The position numbers were made by a program, and so were the translations under genes. From the NCBI GenBank assembly GCA_030264375.1, contig JASCQW010000027.1:26760105-26824104 (forward strand): 64,000 nucleotides of DNA, read 5' to 3'. Numbering within the stretch: the stretch's first letter is position 1; each line of letters begins with the position of its first letter. Below the pieces are notes generated by a model that worked only from the letters and a program-made list of their open reading frames with translations, ran no database searches and had not been told where the DNA came from. Positions 40,601 to 49,500 of this stretch are shown piece by piece. Origin of the DNA: Carcharhinus longimanus. Taxonomy: Eukaryota.

Positions 40601-40946
40601 CTGTGCAAACAAAAAATATTTTGCCAGGCACATTCGACCGCTGCCGCCTTGATATCTCCTTTCCAGGGCTCACGAAGCCAGGCAAGGGCAACATTTAAAA
40701 ACAAGCACCTTATTTACAAGTGTACGCTCCATGGAAGCCGGCTACGGCTCATACCATACCATACACAAATCTGTTTACACCAATCGCCTTGTGTAGTGGC
40801 AGGCTTTGAAATGTAACTTTTTGACTGTTTTTTCTACACAAACAACACCCATCCACGACTCCCCCACCCCCAAACAAAAACGTAAAACATTCAGGTATAA
40901 AATAAAAAATGAATGAATGAAGCAGACGGAATTATTGCCAACTTAC

Positions 40947-41128
40947 TTGGTGCACGAAAACGTCCACAGGCGATTCCAAGGGGGTGCCTTCCCGACAGGT
41001 CATGGAGATAAATCCGAATCCCATTCTAACGTTGAACCATTTACAGTGGCCTGATCCCTGTTGGATTTGAGATTCTTCTTTCTCTGTCAATTTTCTTTTT
41101 TCGTCTCCAGCACCTTTACCCGCCCCTC
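40947..41128 (-). CDS. LIN28B: LIN28B exon 2, N-terminal half of the cold-shock domain
   Basis: GGAGKGAGDEKRKL..GSGHCKWFNVRMGFGFISMTCREGTPLESPVDVFVHQ contains RNP1 (GFGFI) and RNP2 (DVFVH). Acceptor ttgtccag (phase 1), donor CAA/gtaagt (phase 0), 182 nt. GHCKW, GFISM and REG.PL are B-paralog residues (LIN28A has GICKW and GFLSM). Confidence 0.95.
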
Positions 41129-42065
41129 CTGGACAATCACACACACACAGACAAGACACATACAGGGGGAAGAGAGAGGGGAAAAAAGGTTTCAATTCAT
41201 CTGATGTTAACAAAGGAAGGGGGCATCATTAACAAAATACATTTCAAAATAAGCTTCTGGGAGGAGGAACACTTGGCATCGCTCTAGACATTGGCTGAAG
41301 CCTCAGTGCAAAGCCCTCGCAATATCGATCTGAGTCCATGTGCAATGCTGCCAAAAGAACACTCCATGTTGAGATTAGCCAAACCGTACTAACTGGAATG
41401 AGACTGGTTTAAGACGGATCCCATCTCCCGCAGAAACCACTATCACACCGGCTCGGCGTTTCTTCCTCCCCTCTTCCCGCAACATTCAACAGCGTCGATC
41501 GCGACAGCTCCCACCCGCTCTCCCCAGTCTCCAACCTTCCTTGTGTGCGGGCTTTTTTTTTGTAAAAACGACTTTCCACTAAAAAAAAGCTTCAGTATGA
41601 CACTGGAAAGAATTGGGAGAGCATCCAGCGTGCGTTAACTGTACTCCCAATCAAACTTAAGGGGCAGGTGCCTTCCACACACTTAACACTCAAACTAAGA
41701 GGGGGGGGGGGGGGGAAAGAGAGATATATATATATAAAAAAGCTGAACTGAATGGCACACAAACAGTCCATACAATAGCCCCTCAGAAAGCCTTTGAAGT
41801 TCTNNNNNNNNNNNNNNNNNNNNNNNNNNNNNNNNNNNNNNNNNNNNNNNNNNNNNNNNNNNNNNNNNNNNNNNNNNNNNNNNNNNNNNNNNNNNNNNNN
41901 NNNNNNNNNNNNNNNNNNNNNNNNNNNNNNNNNNNNNNNNNNNNNNNNNNNNNNNNNNNNNNNNNNNNNNNNNNNNNNNNNNNNNNNNNNNNNNNNNNNN
42001 NNNNNNNNNNNNNNNNNNNNNNNNNNNNNNNNNNNNNNNNNNNNNNNNNNNNNNNNNNNNNNNNN

Positions 42066-42205
42066 ATCAATCTAGCGTCAGAGGATTGAGGGATCAAAAA
42101 TGTCGCAATCGCCAATGCTCGCATGGTCTAACGTGCTTTTCCCCTCGTTAGTCACCCCCCCTCCTCCTTTTTTCCTGGCCTTGGCACACACGTGACTCGT
42201 CAATT
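42066..42205 (-). other. LIN28B: LIN28B exon 1 5' leader; start codon and donor inferred to lie in the gap 41804-42065
   Basis: Minus strand aattgac.agtcacgtgtg..aaagcac.ttagaccatgcgagc..tagattgat matches my recollection of the human LIN28B 5' UTR; the implied intron 1 is about 0.8 kb. Confidence 0.7.
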
Positions 42206-42275
42206 ACATGCTTTCTTGCCGCTAATTACACATCGCAGTCTTCAGAGGCAGCAGTACAGAGCCAATCGGCCTCTC
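42185..42275 (-). promoter_or_regulatory. LIN28B core promoter: E-box and CCAAT box
   Basis: CACGTG at 42189-42194 (GTCACGTG on minus); AGCCAATCGG NF-Y-type site with CCAAT at 42262-42266. Confidence 0.6.
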
Positions 42276-44924
42276 CTGTAACCTGCCACCGCAATAATCG
42301 ATGATCCCTCCTCCTCACTCCCCTCACCACCACATCCACCCCCCCAAAAAAAATCCTCCAGCTTTTCTATCCAGCTAATTTGTCCGACATTTTTCAATGA
42401 ACCCCGGTCAGACTTAAAGCTACAGGGTCTCTCTCTCTCTGTCTCTCTTTCCTCCCGTTGTTTAGCTTTCTGTCGGAAATGTCAACCTACATATATATAT
42501 AAAATAAACTAACCACAGATCAACTGTTACGACAAACACCATGGGCTGATCACGCTGCGTTGATTTCTCCAATCGCCTGTACATTTGGCAAAAAAAATGC
42601 TTACAATTGATGCAGTGTAAGCCTTTTCCCTGAATGTAATATTCTGGTATCAGTATATTAAGTATGGGAAGAGCAATTTTTTTAAAAAATGTGCAAAAGA
42701 GTGCCGGTTGTTTTATGTAGTCGCATTCAGAGACGATTTGGGCAGGAAATAAATCAAAGATTTCGCAAAGATATTTAATAGCTTCATTCTTAATGGGTGT
42801 TGTGTGTCTGTATGTGTGCGCGCGCGCGGGGAGGGGGGTGGTGGTGTTCTGTTGTTGGGTGCCTCCCCCTAGGCAAGGTGGTATCATCCGAATTTAAGAT
42901 GTCATTTTCAAATGGTCTCCGTTTAAACTATAAAACGCTTCATCAATTACGCCAGGCGTACATGATGCCTTTATTTCAGGATGCCAGTGGCGAGTGCAGC
43001 AACAGAGAGGGAGAGGTGCCTTTTTTCAAGCATTGTTCTCTTTGAGGACACGTGTATGGGGACGGGGGGGGGGGGGGGGGGGTGGGGGTGGNNNNNNNNN
43101 NNNNNNNNNNNNNNNNNNNNNNNNNNNNNNNNNNNNNNNNNNNNNNNNNNNNNNNNNNNNNNNNNNNNNNNNNNNNNNNNNNNNNNNNNNNNNNNNNNNN
43201 NNNNNNNNNNNNNNNNNNNNNNNNNNNNNNNNNNNNNNNNNNNNNNNNNNNNNNNNNNNNNNNNNNNNNNNNNNNNNNNNNNNNNNNNNNNNNNNNNNNN
43301 NNNNNNNNNNNNNNNNNNNNNNNNNNNNNNNNNNNNNNNNNNNNNNNNNNNNNNNNNNNNNNNNNNNNNNNNNNNNNNNNNNNNNNNNNNNNNNNNNNNN
43401 NNNNNNNNNNNNNNCGTTGCTGCCCAATGCATTGTCCATTACCATGCGTTTTTTGCTCCCAAAAAAACTGGCCTGACGCCTCGGCGCCAACCAGTCTGAC
43501 CAATTGTAATGGGCAGTTTGCACTTAAATGCCTTGTTTGCCGCTCTAACATCCAACGTTTTAAATCGGCGCAACATTTGATTTTGCACAACCTGCACTGT
43601 TGTCCCTAAAGTGTGTATGTGTGCGCTGGTCAAGTATTGCCCGCCGGCTGTAGGACATTTCTGTAAAGGGGTTGGGACGGGGAGGAGCGGGGGGGGCGGT
43701 GGAGAGAGTAACTAACTAAAGTCGAAGCTCTCAGCACTGAAATTCCTTTGAAGTTTTCAACCGTAAATTTCCTATAGGTTATTTCAACAGAGCGTGAGTT
43801 GTGGCCCAATCCCTAAAGCGACCTAAAAATGGTTGAGTTTGTTGGCTCTTGTCTGTGATCACTCCAGTTGCTCGGCAGTGCTGCTTTGTACTAGCCCATC
43901 GATTACATTTTTTTATATAAAAAAATCGTCAAAATATTTAAGAAGAATCCCTTACACGTTTTATATATATAACCTTCCATCTCACAGATTGTTTACGAAC
44001 GAAACTGCGTGCACTTAACAAAAGCCCACAGGACCCATTGATATTTTATATATATTTATACATAAACCTGCCTTCTTCAGAGTTAAGTGTATTCATTGCA
44101 AACGCAATGAAAATCAATTTTAAAACCTTTTTACGAATACACAGTGAGGAGGGAGCGAATAGTGTCGTCTTCGTTTTAATTTGTTTGTTCGTGTCCTAAT
44201 TATGTGAACTGTCTGGACTTGTAATGCCGGCCTCGGGAAGTTAAGGATGTTTCTAAATTCCTGAGATTCTTAAAGACCCCGTTAAGAGTGTTTTTTAAAG
44301 GGGGGGGGAGAAGTATGGAAATATTTCATTTGCTTCCCAAACTCATAGATGAGCCCCGCCACAACCCGCCCCCCCCCCCACACACACACACACACACAAA
44401 CACCACCCACCCACCCAAATACAAATCGGGAAAGTTAATTATAACAAGCACTACTGATTTATCCAAATTTTTCCTTTAATACTTGATCCCCTGACAAGCG
44501 GTCGACAGAAGGGGCTGTTTTTAGGCTATTCCTCGTATTAGGAGAATTAAGGTCGGGTCAGCGGAGTGGGCAACGGTGTCAGATGTTATCGAGTCATTCA
44601 TTTCCTGAGAGAGGTCTCCAGCCTTTCAAGTCAGGCAAAGGTATAGCTTTGGTCAGCTGGGAAGTCCACATTCCAGCTTTATCCCATTCAGAAAGAATCA
44701 GCCGAGTTGTTCTTTGTAAAGAAAGCTTTTTTATATGTCTTATCTTTTAACAAAATACCCAAAAAAAAAAGCTTGGGGAATTTAACCACGTTTTCTAGTG
44801 AGCATTTCTGTATTTGCACGAAGATATAGCTTAAGTCTTTATTGCTGAATCCGCACGTGCTGGTTGGTGCATTTCCCCTGAAAGGTCCAATTCAAAGCTA
44901 AGTTTAAATGCTCGCCCCACCCCT

Positions 44925-45050
44925 TGTAACACTATATCATGCATCCTTTCCTTCTCCCCGACGTACTCTATGAACGGTATATTTTGTCTGTAGAACGCGC
45001 AAGAAACAATACTTTTCACTGTATTCCAGCGGGTGACAATCAATCAAGTC
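44925..45050 (+). mobile_element. Rex1-type LINE 3' tail
   Basis: gcgcaagaaacaatacttttcactgtat..gtgacaatcaatcaa. Confidence 0.75.
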
Positions 45051-45080
45051 ACTAACGGAGAACCGGCTTTACAGCAAGTT

Positions 45081-45220
45081 TAAAAGCAAATTACTGCGGA
45101 TGTTGGAATCTGAAACCAAAGCTTTGACAAAGGGTCATCTGGACTCGAAACGTCAGCTCTTTTCTCTCCTTACAGATGCTGCCACACCCTGCTGAGATTT
45201 TCTGGCAATTTTCCTTTTCA
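45081..45220 (+). mobile_element. Penelope-type short repeat, family 2, with hammerhead motif and inverted end segment
   Basis: gct-TTGACAA-a-gggtc.atctg.gactc-GAAA-cg-TC-agc at 45121-45157; 45081-45120 is the reverse complement of the family's 3' end. Confidence 0.78.
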
Positions 45221-45439
45221 TTAGAGCATGTTTACTTTGTTAGTGAGGACACATCGCGTTTCTACGGTTCTGATGATAATGTGAACATGTTAATGTTCTG
45301 TGTCGCATTCAACAATGTGAGTATAAACTCCAAAAGCCAATTCGCCCGATCAGATTTACGCGTTAAAAATTGCACCATTCGTACACATCTACTTTCTGTT
45401 CGATCATGTATCTTGTGTCATTCAGGACACTTAAAAGCA

Positions 45440-45765
45440 ATAACGTGCATTGAGGAAGCACCTTTCTTGACCTCAGGATGTCACACGGTGCTTTCCAGCC
45501 AGCGGAATGTCACTGGAAGGCGGGACATTTGTGATGCAGGAAACATTCCCTCCTCCAAACGAGTCCTCGCCCACATCAGAGAGAGAAGGACCTGGTCGTC
45601 AGTTTTGATGGCATTCAGCGAGGAACGAATACGGGCCAGGAAACGGGGCACAGCTCCCATCTTCGCCTTCAAAATCGTACCACAGGAGAGGGTGTGCCTT
45701 CCCTTGGTCGACTCTCAGCTTTGGAGCGGGACATGAACCTATCACCTTGCGACTCAGCTATCTGA
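45440..45765 (-). mobile_element. DeuSINE-like SINE, degenerate, CpGs retained
   Basis: gcacctttc.tgacctcaggatgtc..gcttt.cagcca..ggagcgggac.tgaacc..accttgcgactcag. Confidence 0.55.
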
Positions 45766-45864
45766 ATCAAGAAGGCAACCCTATATTTGTAACATCTATT
45801 TAAAAAATGTTTTGAACCTGATTTATTTAATAGCTATCGAGCAGCAAAGCACGGCGTCATTCAG

Positions 45865-46335
45865 TAAAAGATGACCCTTCGTCTGAGCTCTGAAATCCAA
45901 ATCCGAAGCGTTGGCTCTATTCTCTCTCCACAGATGCTGCAAGACCTGCTGAGATTTTGCAGCATTTTCTATTTTTGTTTCCGATTCCAGCCTCCGCAAT
46001 ATCCGCTTTTGTCGTTCAATAAAGGTTATGTTCCGAAATTGGGAAGAATAACTGACATTTATATAGACTTAATCCCAGCAACATTCAATATCTACACCTG
46101 CCCGAGAGAAAATGCTGGAAAATCTCAGTAGGTCTGGCAGCATATGTAAGGAGAGAGAATAAAGCTGATGTTTCGAATCCAGGTGACCCTTTGTCTAAGC
46201 ATATGTTTGAGTTTTGACATAGATTCATCTGGACTCGAAATGTCAACTCTTTTCTCACCTTACAGCCGTTGCCAGACCTGCTGAGATTTTCCAGCTTTTG
46301 TTTTTCTTTTTAAATACTGCAGATGCTGCAAATCT
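45865..46335. mobile_element. Cluster of family-2 Penelope-type repeats in both orientations
   Basis: Plus copy about 45900-46012, minus copy 46105-46200, plus copy 46212-46305. Confidence 0.75.
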
Positions 46336-46559
46336 TGACCTGCTTTTCGTTGAGATTGCTACATTTTCGGTTTAAGAGAAAGTTTAAAAAAATACAGTTG
46401 TGAAGATATTGATGCAAATATTGACGTTATATTTCTGAAATATCATATTTGCCTAAAAAAAATCAAAATAAAAGTAGTGTGGGGGCGGGGTGGATTGGGT
46501 TAAATAGTTATCAGTAAAAAAAAGTTCTTTTAGAAAAGCCTAATCACTGATGTCGAATT

Positions 46560-49500
46560 ATTAAAATTTTCCAAAGCGCGGCATTGACTCCTCAGTGGAT
46601 GTTAACAAGTGATTCATTAGTGTTGCAAATTAAAGCGGAACGCATCCTTTCAAAAACCGCGTTCCCCCTGAAGAGCAACTGAATGAGTCATGCACATTGT
46701 CAAGATTTTAATGTTGTGTTTCTTCCTCCAGCCCCGTGAAAGTGACGGTCTATAGATCCTCCTATCATCCACGCTACCCGCCGCTCTATCGGCTGACTCT
46801 ACATGCGGGCTAATGTATCCGTCTTTGCAGCCGTTCCCCCTCCACCCCCTGCCATCTCCTGTGCGATTGGACTCCTTGCTTTTTACTGTCGTTGAGGGAG
46901 CTGGACAAGACGAATGAGATGCTGTCTATGCTGCCGGTGACTCTTAACAGCAACAGATCTTTCGAGCTAGGCGTGGGGGAAGAGATGTTACTTCCTCGTA
47001 CCACCAGGACCTGTTCACCATACATTCACTATTGGCTAGCGAGCAGGGGCCAGGACTCTCTCCGCATCACAACCATTAGAGTAAACAGCCTGAACCGCAT
47101 TATTCGTGAATTTTGAAAAGGGCTACATGAATCGGTGACATTTCTTTCATCCGTGTACACACCACACGCCACGACCTGGAGTTGATGCGTGGGACTCCAT
47201 TCATTAAAAAAACATGATTTAGTGGGGCCTGTTTGCATGGTGGATTCACCAGCGGGAGGCTGAGAGATAGGGCAGTGTGTCCAATGAAATGTGATACCAT
47301 AAAAATTGGCAGCATATATTTGTCCCCTTTAGCTGAGAGCGTGAGGGGCAGGGGGTGTCCACCGAATATATCACTTCCCAACTGAGAAGGGGGAAATTCA
47401 GGATGATGAATGTGGTGACCAGCCATGATCTTAATGAATGGCGGAGTAGGCTCGAAGGGCCGAATGGCCTACTCCTGCTTCTAGTTTCTGTTTCTGAATC
47501 GCAAGAGATGAATTTGGAGAATGGTTACCATGGTCCAACACTGCCGGGCTTGTCGCCAACTTTATTTGCGGGCTCCAACAGGATTTCTATACTTAAAAAA
47601 ACCAACCTGGTGCACTATTGTCCTTTTAGGGAAGGAAATCTGCCATCCTTACCTGGTCTGGCCTACATGTGATCTGGCCACCGCAATGTGATTAACTCTC
47701 AACTGTCCTCGGGAAACTAGGGATGGGCAATAGGTGTCACTGGCTGGCCAGCATTTATGTGCCACGAATGAATAAAGAGAAAGATAAAAGAGGACAAGGT
47801 GCAAACATCACTGTTAAGTTGGTGTAGCCCACATAGAATTTTACCAGGAGATCACCGAGAAGGTTTGGGAAGTAACGTCTCTATCTGCCAGATGGGTTGG
47901 AAATGAGAGAAATCTGATATATGCGCTGCCGTTTGGATTTCCCAGAAATGGTCCACGTAAGCGTTTATTTCAAACCTCTATCTGAGCGGATCTCAGGGCA
48001 GCAGAATTTAGAATGGTCATTTGAAAAGTTTTAGCAAGAGGTGACTCTTGTGACACAGGAGGAGGAGGCTGGTGACAGTTGCTTTTTAGTCGGGAGACTG
48101 GTGACAACCGAGACCTGATGGATCTGCCCTGATACCGAGATCAGACTGCCGGGGGTAGGGGTGGGGAAATCGGTGTGTTTGTAGCGTTGGGAGCCAGGCG
48201 AATCTATGCTCACAGTGCCTGCAGTGTCACTCCCGCTCCTCCACAGCCCCTCCCCGCCCCCCCCCCCCAACTTTAGTGCAATCCCGACCCGGAATTCCCG
48301 GATTGCCCAGGTGGCAAACCAAACCTCACGAAGGAGCAACCTAGGTACTAAAATTGTGGGGTCAGGACAGCTTGGTTCGTTTCCCGGAAATTTAAGTTAT
48401 TCGCCCGTGTTTGAATAAAACATGGTTTGAGCCAGGTATGCGTTTGTTACAGGGTGCCCGCTGATCCGAGAGTTATTCGATGATTCCACCTTTGGCGGGG
48501 CAGTGAGCAGCGCATTTGAAGCGTACTTTTAATCTTACAAACTGCCACTTTAGTTGACATACAGTGTGTGGATCCCGTTAAAAATCAGGAGGCGGGCATG
48601 ATTCATTATTGGTACATTTGATGTGATTATCACCTCTGACTCAATCCCATACCTGCTTCATCTTAGTGTACGGCTTGGCGTTTTTGACTTCGGAAATTGG
48701 AAACAGCGAGGCTGGAACCTAAGTTCCCTGAAGCACAAAACAGCTGCAAAGTAGCGATCTTTAAGATCAGCGATATGACCTCTCGCAGCTCTGCGCTAGC
48801 TAGGACACAGTTTGTAAGCATTTTGCGATGGTTTGGAACCGAATCGAGAACGAATCTTCAACGACACCACAGCGCGTGTGTGAATGACAAGCCGGTCTGC
48901 GTGCTGCAGTGGATTTGGACACTCTGGCAGGTACAGTGCCCCGATGGGTGAAGAACCGAAACGGAAAACTGGGGCAGGCTGGACCTCTGAGCACTGAACT
49001 GAGCAGCCACACTGTCCTTCCACTCAGAGAGACAGTGAGTGCTAGGTTGCTGTTCGCCCATGACGATTTATACATACGATATACAAAACTATAATTAAAT
49101 ACCCAACATAAAGACACGATTCCAGTACGCTTTACACGAAGCTCAGCGCTAATCATATTTTTGCATTCCGTTACCTTGTCCTTTGCACCATCGTTCCGAT
49201 GTGTTTTCCTGTCAATAATGTAACATGAGCTGTAACATTGACATTATGGTACAGGGAGAGACCGGCTGCAAAGTTCCAAATAAAAAACATGCATGGGACA
49301 TTTACGTAGGTTCCCAAGCGGAATCAGAGCAATTAAATATATGAGAGGGAGAGAAGATCTGACCACACCCCACTCCTTGTGCCTGACCTTCCCGCCCATT
49401 GTACCAAGAGATCAGCAGTATAACTCCGGTCTGCAGATCCCAATCCAGGAATAGGGCAGAGAGCAGGTGCCAAACAGCTAGGACAGAAGGCACAAATCCT

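Larger units (their letters stand above)
1..40946 (-). other. LIN28B: LIN28B intron 2 (partial, runs off the window start)
   Basis: Starts with donor GTAAGT (plus-strand acttac at 40941-40946). No exon-3 sequence (SKL.MEGFRSLKEGE) was recognised by eye or in the ORF track. Confidence 0.7.
39200..44600. promoter_or_regulatory. CpG-enriched domain spanning the LIN28B promoter, exon 1 and exon 2
   Basis: CG dinucleotides visibly more frequent than in the CpG-poor 35-39 kb flank; G/C homopolymer runs; nearly free of young repeats (judged by eye). Confidence 0.65.

Noticed and set aside
40932-41213. ORF-track 93-aa protein as a complete gene
   Set aside because: Only 40947-41128 is exon; both extensions read through splice sites into introns.
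42971-43609. Long ORFs across N-runs (also 41783-42124 beyond the gap, 56734-57140 and 27869-28160)
   Set aside because: Their length is an artefact of translating gaps.
44060-44110. Possible alternative first exon ATGAATACACTT..GGCAG/gtttat
   Set aside because: The donor is phase 2 relative to the ATG, incompatible with the phase-1 exon 2; the phase-1 frame has an upstream stop and no ATG.
46590-47025. Peptides SHRR..LQRR and ERMRS recalling the N-terminus of a long human LIN28B isoform
   Set aside because: Short, discontinuous matches interrupted by stops, with no suitable donor; my recall of that isoform is uncertain.
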